Assembly: GCF_036588685.1 (NCBI RefSeq)
Contig: NC_086380.1
Span: 33,530,313 to 33,594,312 of the forward strand
Reading direction: 5' to 3'
From: Mytilus trossulus
Taxonomy: Eukaryota
DNA: 64,000 nucleotides
This document shows positions 24,120 through 35,419 of this stretch, piece after piece; the first letter of the stretch is position 1; each line of letters starts with the position of its first letter. The notes beneath the pieces are model-generated. The model had not been told where the DNA came from, ran no database searches, and was given only the letters and a program-made list of their open reading frames with translations. The translations under genes were made by a program, and so were the position numbers.

Positions 24120-25562
24120 ATATATTCAAATTTATTTTACACCACTGGGTCGATGCCACTGCTGGTGGACGTTTCGTCCCCGAGGGTATCACCAGCCCAG
24201 TAGTCAACACTTCGGTGTTGACATGAATATCAATAATGTGGTCATTTTTATAAATTCCTGTATACAAAACTTTGAACTTTTTGAAAAACTAAGGATTTTC
24301 TTATCCCAGGCATAGATTACCTTAGCAGTATTTGGCACAACTTTTTGGAATTTTGGATCCTCAATGCTCTTCAACTTTGTACTTGTTTGGGTTTATAAAT
24401 ATTTTTGATTGGAGCGTCACTGATGAGTCTTATGTAGACGAAACGCGCGTCTGGCGTACTAAATTATAATCCTGGTACCTTTGATAACTATTTACACCAC
24501 TGGGTCGATGCCACTGCTGGTGGACGTTTCGTCCCCGAGGGTATCACCAGCCCAGTAGTCAACACTTCGGTGTTGACATGAATATCAATAATGTGGTCAT
24601 TTTTATAAATTTCCTGTATACAAAACTTTGAACTTTTTGAAAAACTAAGGATTTTCTTATCCCAGGCATAGATTACCTTAGCCGTATTTGGCACAACTTT
24701 TTGGAATTTTGGATCCTCAATGCTCTTCAACTTTGTACTTGTTTGGTTTATAAATATTTTTGATTGGAGCGTCACTGATGAGTCTAATGTAGACGAAACG
24801 CGCGTCTGGCGTACTAAATTATAATCCTGGTACCTTTGATAACTATTTACACTTCTGGGTCGATGCCACTGCTGATGGACGTTTCGTCCCCGAGGGTATC
24901 ACCAGCCCAGTAGTCAACACTTCCGTGTTGACATGAATATCAATAATGTGGTCATTTTTATAAATTTCCTGTATACAAAACTTTGAACTTTTTGAAAAAC
25001 TAAGGATTTCTTATCCCAGGCATAGATTACCTTAGCCGTATTTGGCACAACTTTTTGGAATTTTGGATCCTCAATGCTCTTCAACTTTGTACTTGTTTGG
25101 GTTTATAAATATTTTTGATTGGAGCGTCACTGATGAGTCTTATGTAGACGAAACGCGCGTCTGGCATACTAAATTATAATCCTGGTACCTTTGATAACTA
25201 TTTACACCACTGGGTCGATGCCACTGCTGGTGGACGTTTCGTCCCCAAGGGTATCACCAGCCCAGTAGTCAACACTTCGGTGTTGACATGAATATCAATA
25301 ATGTGGTCATTTTTATAAATTTCCTGTATACAAAACTTTGAACTTTTTGAAAAACTAAGGATTTTCCTATCCCAGGCATAGATTACCTTAGCCGTATTTG
25401 GCACAACTTTTTGGAATTTTGGATCCTCAATGCTCTTCAACTTTGTTCTTGTTTGGGTTTATAAATATTTTTGATTGGAGCGTCACTGATGAGTCTTATG
25501 TAGACGAAACGCGCGTCTGGCGTACTAAATTATAATCCTGGTACCTTTGATAACTAATTATA
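24120..25562 (+). repeat. Tandem array of four ~359-bp retrozyme-like units, each containing a hammerhead ribozyme motif
   Basis: Unit starts at about 24126, 24487, 24846 and 25204, with over 97% identity. Each carries GGAGCGUCA-CUGAUGA-GUCU(uaugu)AGAC-GAA-A-CGCGCG-U-C|UGGCGUAC. Confidence 0.85.
24411..24465 (+). ncRNA. Type-I minimal hammerhead ribozyme (copy 1; equivalent copies near 24771, 25129 and 25487)
   Basis: Conserved core CUGAUGA…GAAA. 4-bp stem II GUCU/AGAC with a 5-nt loop. Helix III is reduced to an A:U pair closing a palindromic CGCGCG loop. GUC cleavage triplet. 7/8-bp stem I (GAGCGUCA / UGGCGUAC, including G:U wobbles). Confidence 0.7.
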
Positions 25563-26640
25563 GCAGGAATAAATTGTCAGGAAAGTAAAATTCCTACCAG
25601 GATTCCTGTCAACTTTCCTTCTAATTTGAATATTCCTGGTAGGATTTTTTCATAAATTCCTACTAGGAAAGTTGATTTTCTAGCAGGAATTAATATAAAT
25701 ATATGTTATAAACTGAAGTGTTTACACATTACACAACTGGGTCATTCGTTAGTTTGAATATCAGCCACATATAATAGAACAAAGAATATACATATTTAAA
25801 CTTCTTCTCAAATACCTTCATAAGCAATCCTGTCTTATATATTCAAATATTTCCCTGATAATTATTTAATCTTTGCAGCATTGTTTTTACACAATCTGAA
25901 TCTTTTACCCTCCAACTTTTGAAATTGTAAACTGGAACCTGGTTGCTAATATAACACAGCAAAATAAATGTTATTAGCAAACTGGAATTCAGTTAAAGAT
26001 AATTGAATACAAATCAATATCAGTCAAGATAATAATCCTGCTTGAATAAGAAAAAAATCCTGGTTAGAAAGATTTTCTAGCAGGTAAAAAAAATTTCTGT
26101 TAGTAACCCAGGAATCTTGTAGGAAAATGAAAAATCCTGCCAGAAAAAACAAATTTTTTCTTAGTACGTCTAAAACAGGGATTTAAGATTTGCTGCCAAT
26201 TCCATGTGAATTCCTGCTATAGTTTAGTAAGAATCCTGCTAAATATTTCATACGGGCAGTCAGGTAAAATGCCATTCTCGAGAAAGTAAATACTGCATGC
26301 CTGGTATATTTTCACAAATATATATACCCAATGTGAACATTATATATATCTGTTTAATTTCACAGAATACTAATAGAATAATTAAAACCTTTGTAAATCA
26401 ATTCCATTGTTTTCTTGGACTAGCATTTATTAATCTTTACTGAAATTAGTTTATTTTAATAGAGCAGTGCACGACTATTTATGTTAAATGATTGCTTTGT
26501 TTAAAAAAGAACACAAAAAAATTCAGTTGAATAACGTGAATTGTAGATAAATTTCAAAATTACACTATCTGTTACATACGTACCCTACAATACTGATTAG
26601 CTAGTTGAATTCAAGTGAAAATAATAATCTTAATGATACG

Positions 26641-26690
26641 CTTGATATGGTGTGATCATCATCATCATCATCAACAACATCATCAACATG
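26641..26690 (+). repeat. Imperfect (ATC)n microsatellite
   Basis: GATCATCATCATCATCATCAACAACATCATCAACATG. Other simple repeats: (AT)n at 27351-27370, (TA)n at 48838-48867. Confidence 0.9.
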
Positions 26691-28914
26691 CAGTTAGGGT
26701 AAAATGTGTTAAAATCCTTGCCGTCAAGTCCAAATTATAACATGTATTCCTGATTCCATTCAACACTTGCACTCAGGGTGAGTATTTTATTAGTTCCAGG
26801 GAGCTTATTGAAGATTAAAGTGACAATCCCAAGAGTCTGAAATAAAATTTGATCAATATGTACAACATGCATGTACATCAATTGATGTAAGGAATGAAGT
26901 ACAAATTAGATGAAATTGATTTGGTTTATCTATATATACAATTGTGATTACAAGTATATGTGTATGGCAGCCTCGGACAAGAAACAACATATTTTATTCA
27001 GTATCCAGAATTCAGTTTTCTATTTTACCATAGGATCTCTGTATTTGTCAATGTCAAAACATAAATATATATACAAAGATAGATGTGACGGTTTTTATTT
27101 ATGTAAATACATATAATATATTATATATTAATTATCAGATTATCATGATTATCAAATATATATATGTTTTTTTTTCCTTTCATCATTTTATTCCTAAAAT
27201 CATGGTAACCTCAGAAATCATTGTAATATCATAAAAGATTGCAATAAAGATAATTCTGTCTGTTATTGCATAGATCTGTAATGAGTATCTTTGATTGACA
27301 ATGAATTATTGACCTTGAACTTGAACTGTATTATCTAAATACATTTATATATATATATATATATATATAATAGTAATGTTGACAATGTAGGTATAATTTA
27401 AGGAATGCGTTTAGGGTACTTTTATTTACAGAATATAACTATTAAAAGTCTTTTAATCATGTTAATGTCTTATGATATATATATATATTTATATCATATA
27501 TCTTGCCTTTTAATATTTAAATCTACATTACCCATTAATAGATTCAGCCAAATATGTTTTAACAGATCCTCTAGATTTAAGATTTAAAGCTCGGACATTT
27601 ATCAGTACAGGTAAACTCAGTTTGGTGCATTCAACTTCCACTTATGTTGATTAAACATTGTGTAGTACATGTTTATATATATAAATAACAAGGACAAACA
27701 AATGTAAACTACCTACTGTTTTGGAGCAAACACTTGGGATATTACACCTTATTTCAGGTAAAACTATGAACTAAGTGGTCTAGCTTAAAATCACTGGTCA
27801 GTACATTCATCATTAAACTTTACACTAATAGCATTGATTATATTTCATGTATTATATTACTTTGGTTTTAAAGTTACAAAGTAACTAAATCTTATAAAAC
27901 TTCTTTTACATGTACTTTTTAGCCCACCTGGCCCAAAAGGGCCAAGTGAGCTTTTCTCATCACTTGGTGTCTGTCGTCTGCCGTTGTCGTCGTCTGTCGT
28001 TGTCATCGTTGTCCGTTTACTTTTACAAAAATCTTCTCCTCTGAAACTACTGGGCCAAATTAAACCAAACTTTGCCTAAATCATCCTTAGGGTATCTAGT
28101 TTTTAAAATGTATCCAAAGACCCTGGCCATCAACCAAGATGGTCGCCATGGCTAAAAATAGAACATGGGGGTAAAATGCAGTTTGTGGCTTATATCTTTG
28201 AAACTAAAGCATTTATAGCAAATCTGAGAAGGAGTAAAATTGTTCATCAGGTAAAGATCTATCAGCCCTTAAAATTTCAGACGCATCAAACAACCCCTTG
28301 TTGGGTTGCTGCCCCTGAATTGGTAATTTTAAGGAAATTTTGCAGTTTTTGGTTATTTTCTTGAATATTTTAATAGATAGAGATAAACTGTAAACAGCAA
28401 ACTTGTTCAACTGAAGATATCAAGGATTTGTATAATAGTAAGACATATTCTTGGTGATATTTAAATAATGGCCCAGTCTCAACAGTTAAACAGAAATGGC
28501 TTTGTAAAAGGGCAACTGAGTTACTAATATAAACATCATAAACATGGTCTTTATTTAATTGGGGGGTTTTAATGACTACAAACTGTTCTTACTAAGCTAT
28601 TTATAAAATTTTACTGAAATTAGTTCATTGACTAATGGAACTTTTGCATAGTTTACATGATTAAAGTTTTAATGTTTAGGTGAATTGAAAGGGAACCAAT
28701 TTTGATAAGTCAGTGGTATCCGCAGTGGTGTTTGATTGGTAGATGAATTGACTTAAAGCATTGGCAATTTTCTCTTCATTTCCATGGAGGTAATTGGGCT
28801 CTGAAACTTTAGTCATGATTCATTAACGTTGAATAATTTAAATTGTTTATATGTTCAAATTATAAATGCCATTTTGATTTTATAAATTTCATTATTCTAT
28901 CAAAATTACATAAA

Positions 28915-29290
28915 TAAAATTGAGAATGGAAACAGGGAATGTACATGTCAAAGAGACAGCAACCGGACCAAAGAGAAGAAAACAGCTCAAGGCCACCAAT
29001 GGGTCTTCAACACAGCGAGAAAATCCTGCACCCAGAGATAGGCTTCAGCTGGCCCCTAAACAAAAATTTGTACTAGTTCAGCGAAAATGGACGTCACACT
29101 AAACTCTGAAACTCATAAATGATTATTTTTTTAAACATACAAGACTGTAACAAAGGCCAGAGGCTCCTGACTTGGGACAGGCACAAAAATGTGCCACATT
29201 AAACATGTTTTGCATGATCTCAACCCTCCCCCTATTCCTCTAGCCAATTTAGAATAAACAAACACACAGAATCTGAGTCAGATGTTAGAA
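28915..29290 (+). mobile_element. SINE-like interspersed repeat, family 'AAATTGAGAATGGAAA…', copy ending ~175 bp upstream of the gene B ATG
   Basis: Homologous copies or fragments at 11865-11995 (+), 23200-23460 (−), 30855-31260 (−), 58590-58720 (+), 4260-4340 and possibly 8840-9080. Confidence 0.6.
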
Positions 29291-29465
29291 TGGGTAACAT
29301 AAAGGTTACTGTTAGACATATGTTTGTGTTAACAGTTTATATTATAATCTTATGTAGATTTTTTATCAAAAGTAGTAAAAATAAGTGAGCCTAACATTAA
29401 AAGTATCTTTTTTTTTTTAATTTTAGGAATACTATAATGGGAAACAGTAGCAGCAGATAAGAATT

Positions 29466-29630
29466 ATGGGTACATTAACATGGACATTTGTAGTCGGTGC
29501 TGTGACCTTGGTGTTGACCTATGCTGCTATTAGAATATTTAAATATTTGAAATGGCTGAGACTTGTGATAACGTCTGTTTCAAAATTACCAGGTCCAAAG
29601 CCACATTGGTTCTTTGGAAATATTTTTCAG
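29466..29630 (+). CDS. gene B exon 1 (MGTLTWTFVVGAVTLVLTYAAIRIFKYLKWLRLVITSVSKLPGPKPHWFFGNIFQ)
   Basis: ATG at 29466 (ORF 29466..29789). Donor CAG|GTAATA at 29631. Membrane anchor plus PGP hinge. Confidence 0.85.
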
Positions 29631-30239
29631 GTAATAATTATTTCATGTTGGATTTATATAGCTTTTTCTCTAATTCTTCATGAATTTATCCCTTTCTGCA
29701 CCCATTGTATAACAAAATTTAATCAACGTGTGGTTCGTTTGATATCAGTTCATCATTGGTTTAAATCCGATTATGACGTCGAATTTTAATGCTTTCTTCT
29801 GAATTTTCTATTGTGACGGCATGAAAAAAGGTGACCATGCCTGATGACGTCACATAGAAAGAACACATCTTTTTGCAGATCATTCATAAAGAAGGAATAT
29901 GTTTGCCTGCATATTGTTTGAAAATCCCGATCATTAGAGAAACATTTAAATTTCTCGGCGAGCCTCACGTTTCAAATTTGAAAATTTAACTGTCTCAAGT
30001 GGATAAATATCATATTACACTTGATGCAGTGGTAGAATCTATATTTATCATGTTTATGTAAATCTTCCTTTATTTAGGGATAATTGTTATAAGCCTTATT
30101 TTCACCAAACTTACATAACTTAAACACTACCCTTTTTCAATCATGATCAGTCAAATAAAAAAAGTTACGAAATTATTAGATCTCATCAAGACTTTTTGTT
30201 TATATAGATTAGACCGTTGGTTTTCCCGTTTGAATGGTT

Positions 30240-30420
30240 TTACACTAGTAATTTTGGGGCCCTTTATAGCTTGTTGTTCGGTGTGAGCCAAGGCTCCGTG
30301 TTGAAGGCCGTACTTTAACCTATAATGGTTTAATTTTTAAATTGTTATTTGGATGGAGAGTTGTCTCATTGGCACTCACACCACATCTTCCTATATCTAT
30401 TTAATGGTATCTGGATGTAC
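30240..30420 (+). repeat. ~150-bp SINE/MITE-like family (…TTATAGCTTGTTGTTCGGTGTGAGCCAAGGCTCCGTGTTGAAGGCC…GGATGGAGAGTTGTCTCATTGGCACTCACACCACATCTTC…)
   Basis: Copies or fragments at 6540-6600, 7745-7800 (−), 9200-9330, 10250-10395, 41385-41460, 42250-42310, 43150-43210, 53590-53710 and 60335-60375. Confidence 0.6.
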
Positions 30421-30854
30421 CAATATAATTGGTTGGAATCAAAACAACCAAAACACATATAGTTTATCTCCCTTCCCTATACACTCCTCATGTACATGTG
30501 CAATCAAAATCAGTACACTAAAAAAAAACCACTTAAACCTGATACCAGTTGAAAGTTTTATGCAGACTATACCGGTAATTAGAATTTAATTATCAGTTAA
30601 ATTTTGATGGAATGTTTTCCTTAAAGTTTAGCTTGATAAGATCTGTTAAAGTCATATGACAAAACTGATTTTTAAAGCTATAAAGATTTTTATGCCCCAC
30701 TTAGGGGACTGTGCATCTGTTTTTATATGATGAAATCATAATCTTTCAGTCAGTTTAATTGAAGTCTGGAGCTGGCATGTCAGTTAACTGCTAGTTAAGT
30801 CTGTTGTTATTTATGCATTATTGTCATTTTGTTTATTTTCTTTGGTTACATCTT

Positions 30855-31260
30855 CTGACATCAGACTCAGACTTCTCTTGAACTGAATTTTAATGTGCGT
30901 ATTGTTATGTGTTTACTTTTCTACATTGGCTAGAGGTATAGGGGGAGGGTTGAGATCTCACAAACATGTTTAACCCCGCCGCATTTTTGCGCCTGTCCCA
31001 AGTCAGGAACCTCTGGCCTTTGTTAGTCATGTATTATTTTAGTTTTAGTTTCTTGTGTACAATTTGGAAATTAGTATGGCGTTCATTATCACTGAACTAG
31101 TATATATTTGTTTAGGGGCCAGCTGAAGAACGCCTCCGGGTGCGGGAATTTCTCGCTGCATTGAAGACCTGTTGGTGACCTTCTGCTGTTGTTTTTTTCT
31201 ATGGTCGGGTTGTTGTCTCTTTGGCACATTCCCCATTTCCATTCTCAATTTTATCTATTT
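30855..31260 (-). mobile_element. Inverted copy of the same SINE-like family, in gene B intron 1
   Basis: Reverse complement of 28915-29290 (…GGCCTTTGTTA…CATCTGACTCAGA…). With the upstream copy it brackets exon 1 of gene B. Confidence 0.6.
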
Positions 31261-31520
31261 GTTCGTCTATTCGTTCATTCGTTAGTTCAATCGTCCGACC
31301 ATTCATCTGTTCCTCCGTCTGTCCCACTTTTAAGGATAAAGTATTTACTCAAGGTACATGTAGTTTTTGATGAAGTTGAAGTCCAATCAACTTGAAACTT
31401 AGTACACATATGTTCCCTATGATATTATCTTTCTAATCGTTATGCTAAATTAGAGTTTTGACCCCAATTTTAGGGTCCACTGAACATAGAAAATGATAGT
31501 GTGAGTGGGGCATCTGTGTT
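31255..31520 (+). repeat. ~250-bp interspersed repeat with a GTYCGTYT/GTCTGTCC micro-repeat core and an …AAAATGATAGTG.GATGGGGCATC tail
   Basis: Further copies at 20165-20290 (partial, inside the TIR element), 54330-54615 (−), 61085-61340 (+) and 63415-63670 (+). Confidence 0.6.
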
Positions 31521-31898
31521 CTATGGACACATTCTTGTTTTTTTTTGTTTGAAAAAAAAAACGACTGCAGAGTCTTCAGTGATGTATGATAGTTGTGTAT
31601 GATACACATCCCCTCTACCAACCAACCACATGATGTCTTGGGTAAAAAAGTATGTATAATACACACCTAAATGTGGTTGATAAGACAGTCAATTCAGAAG
31701 TTTTAAAGGTGCCTGCTTCAGTCACTGTTAATCACAAGCTTTAAGCAGCTGCATGTAGCAGCTAGATTTGTTATAGACATTAGTTTTAATTGAGGGCTTG
31801 GGGAAGATTAGTAAAAACTAACCATGTAACCCTCTGAAAATAAAGTCGTGTTGCTGTTGTTGTCCTTGTTGTTATAATATGCATAAATGTGTTTTCAG

Positions 31899-32097
31899 AT
31901 AAAAGATTTCAGTGACCTGATGTTTAGGATGCACGAGGAATGTATAGGAAAGGGAGATAAACTATATGTGTTTTGGTTGTTTCGATTCCAACCAATTATT
32001 ATATTGGCACATCCAGACACCATTAAAGTTGTAATGAGATCTAATGCTCCAAAGACAACGATAGGTCCAGGATATCCTTTTCTTGTTCCATGGCTAG
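31899..32097 (+). CDS. gene B exon 2 (IKDFSDLMFRMHEECIGKGDKLYVFWLFRFQPIIILAHPDTIKVVMRSNAPKTTIGPGYPFLVPWL-G)
   Basis: Acceptor GTTTTCAG and donor GTAAGT. Within ORF 31887..32108. Confidence 0.85.
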
Positions 32098-32702
32098 GTA
32101 AGTTGTGATTAGTTAAACTTATAACATCAGTTGCAATGAAATACATTGATTTTCAGGTCAACAAAATCATGAAAAAAAGGTGTGGACAAGAGTTTTTCTA
32201 TAAATACTATAAATTTAGAAATAATTGTGAGGTTTTATTCATGCTTATTAAGGGACTGAGTGAGTATTGCAATAGTGAGAACTGACATTCTGACATCTGA
32301 TACATATATCTGTATGCAAAGTTTCCTGACATTGCAATAATTAATCTCTCATTGTTGTCCATTCTACAAAATCGCAATAATAAATGCATGCAATCATTTC
32401 TGAATTAACAGTAAATTTATAATGTCTGATTTTAAATTGACATCATCTTCAAGCATAATCAGACTTGAAGTTAACTATCAATTTACAACATGATACATTT
32501 AATAGACATTATAGGTCTTCCCAGTGCCTATATATTCACGCTAGTCATCTCTTTGTAAAATCTCATATTGAAGAATTATTTATGGGCATGCATGCAGGTT
32601 ATGAATCCTTTTTTGTCTCACATTCACAAGAGAATTTTATCAAAATGATATGAAGCACAGCACAGATATTCAATTATTGAATTCATTGTTATCATTTTTA
32701 AG

Positions 32703-32830
32703 GTCAAAGCTTATTAATAGCTAATGGACCAAAATGGGAAAGAAATCGCCGATTGTTGACACCAGCTTTCCACTTTAGTATACTGACAGGGTATTTTAAG
32801 CTCTACAATGAGGTAGCTGATGTATTATTG
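32703..32830 (+). CDS. gene B exon 3 ([43 protein letters not shown])
   Basis: Acceptor TTTTTAAG and donor GTAAGT. 128 nt. Confidence 0.85.
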
Positions 32831-33099
32831 GTAAGTAATGTTAACACCACAATTTCACATGCAGTATATAGTGAGAAAAAAAAGCTAAATAGCAACAAAT
32901 ATTCATAATTTTATATATTTAAACAATAACCTATCTTTACTACATGTACTAAAATAACGAGGTCCAATTTGTTAGCTGTCAAAGAGACATATAATACAAT
33001 TGTATTATATGTCTCTGGCTGTCATGACGTAAAAACGACAAATCAATGATGGTGTTGATTAAAAATTATACCATTCCAGGCCATTTTTATACGACAGCA

Positions 33100-34670
33100 A
33101 ATTTACGTTTATTGGTATGACGTTGGCGTCGTCGGCGTCCGAAGACACATTGGTTTTCGCACTATAACTTTTTTTTAAGTAAATAGAAATCTATGAAATT
33201 TAAACACAAGGTTTATGACCACAAACGAAAGGTTGGGATTGATTTTGGGAGTTTTGGTCCCAACAGTTTAGGAATTAACTTGGGGCCAAAAAAGGGCCCA
33301 AATAAACATTTTTCTTGGTTTTCTCACAATAACTTTAGTATAAGTAAATAGAAATCTATGAAATTTAAACACAAGGTTTATGAACACAAAAGGAAGGTTG
33401 GTATTGATTTTGGGAGTTTTGGTCCCAACAGTTTAGGAATTAGGGTCCAAAAAGGGGCCCAAATAAGCATTTTTCTTGGTTTTCGCACAATAACTTTAGT
33501 ATAATTAGAAATCTCTGAAATTTAAACACAAGGTGTATGACCATAAAAGGAAGGTTGTGATTGATTTTGGGAGTTTTGTTCCAAACAGTTTAGGAATTAG
33601 GGGCACAAAGGGTCCAAATTAAACTTTGATATGACGAATCTAACTGTGTATGTAGATTCTTAATTTTTGGTCCCGTTTTCAAATAGGTCTACATTAAGGT
33701 CCAAAGGGTCCAAAATTAAACTTAGTTTGATTATAACAAAAATTGAATTCTTGGGGTTCTTTGATATGCTGAATCTAAACATGTACTTAAGATTTTTTAT
33801 TATGGGCCCAGTTTTCAAATTTGTCCAAATCGGGGTCCAAAATTAAACTTTGTTTAATATTGATTTCCACAAAAATTGAATTCTTGGGTTTCTTTGATAT
33901 GCTGAATCTAAACATGTACTTAGATTTTTGATTTTGGGCCCAGTTTTCAAGTTGGTCCAAATCGGGGTCCAAAATTAAACTTTGTTTGATTTCAACAAAA
34001 ATTAAATCCTTGTGGTTCTTTGATATGCTGAATCTAAGCATGTATTAAGAGTTTAGCTTATGGGGCCAGTTTTCAAGTTGGTCCAAAATTAAACTTTGTT
34101 TGATATCAACAAAAATTGAATCCTTGGGGTTGTTTGATATGCTGAATCTAAACATGTATTTAGATTTTTGATTATAGGCCCAGTTTTCAAGTTGGTCCAA
34201 ATGGTGGTCCAAAATTAAACTTTGTTTGATTTCAACAAAAATTGAATATATGGGGTTCTTTGATATATGCTGAATCTAACCATGTATTTAGATTTTTGAT
34301 ATTTGGGCCCAGTTATCAAATTGGTCCACATTGAGGTCTTAAGGGTCCAAAATTGAACTTTATTTGATTTCATCAAAAATTGAATTCTTGGGGTTCTTTG
34401 ATATGCTGAATCTAACCATGTATTTAGATTTTGAATATTGGACCATAATAGGTAAATGTCCAATTTAAAATTTTTAAGTTTTTAAGTTTAAGTTCTTAGA
34501 ACACATTCATTCTGTGTCAGAAACCTATTTGGTGTCAACTGTTTAATCACAATCCAAATTCAGAGCTATATCAAGCTTGAATGTTGTGTCCATACTTGCC
34601 CCAACTGTTCAGGGTTCAAACTCTACAGTTGTATAAAGCTGCGCCCTGCGGAGCATCTAGTTTTTCTACA
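33100..34670 (+). repeat. Composite repeat: ~170-bp tandem units (x3), then ~120-bp tandem units (x6-7), then a conserved 180-bp tail; a related copy lies at 37250-38190
   Basis: Shared motif AAGGTTGGGATTGATTTTGGGAGTTTTGGTCCCAACAGTTTAGGAATTA. Shared tail …TTGAATGTTGTGTCCATACTTGCCCCAACTGTTCAGGGTTCAAACTCTACAG. Both copies are in gene B intron 3. Confidence 0.7.
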
Positions 34671-35419
34671 TATAATTAATACTTCCAATAATTGACAAGT
34701 TCAATGGTCTAATCAGATACTGATACCAATAGTGTATGTCACATGTAATTTACGGTATATATATGCATGTATGTTTTGTATCTTCCTCCTTTATTAGGAG
34801 CACCTCCATGGGTTATGGTACGTATAAAGGAGGACATCACACTGTATCATTACATATTTAATGTGAGCATTCCTTGCACCGGTTGTTACGTAAGAAACCA
34901 GGACGGGTTAAAACAGAAAGATTTTCAAAGCAGAGAAAACTGTGCACCAATTATAATCAGCATGACCTTATATCAGATACTAAAAATTTTCTATCATGCT
35001 TAAAATAAGGCATAGGTACTTTAATTCAGTCATGGACCTGCAGTGTGTTATAGTGCTTCTTGACATAACAATAAATACATTATTTACAACAAAGAAAATA
35101 AGCTATAACATATAATTTTACTTTAATATTATTTATATTATATAATAAAGATTTTTTTGCACTTTTTACTTTACAGTTCTTTTAATTAAAAAATATGGTG
35201 CTAAACTTTTTACTCTGTATAAATATATATTCAAAGGTGATTCAGTGAAAAGCAATCTTGCTAGTTTTTTGTGGTTTGTGTGAAACAGGATGCATGTCGC
35301 CAGATAGCTAGTGATTTAAGATGATAACACTTCTATTTACATGATTTAGGAACTGTTTATTTACAATGTATCATCAAATATGAAATATGCAGTGAGGTAT
35401 TTCCCACCATCACTATCAC

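Noticed and set aside
24488-25440. ORFs 24488..24775(-) and 25198..25440(-) (MKSIEDPKFQKVVPNTAKVIYAWD…) inside the retrozyme units.
   Set aside because: The identical ORF recurs only because the unit is tandemly repeated. It is on the strand opposite the hammerhead motif and has no recognisable domain. It may be tested if retrozyme antisense transcripts are found.
28920-31248. ORFs 28920..29102(+) and 31045..31248(-) (MRMETGNV…/MRMEMGNV…), also 11816..12058(+).
   Set aside because: The same short ORF appears in multiple diverged copies of a SINE-like repeat in both orientations. It is repeat-borne, not a host gene.
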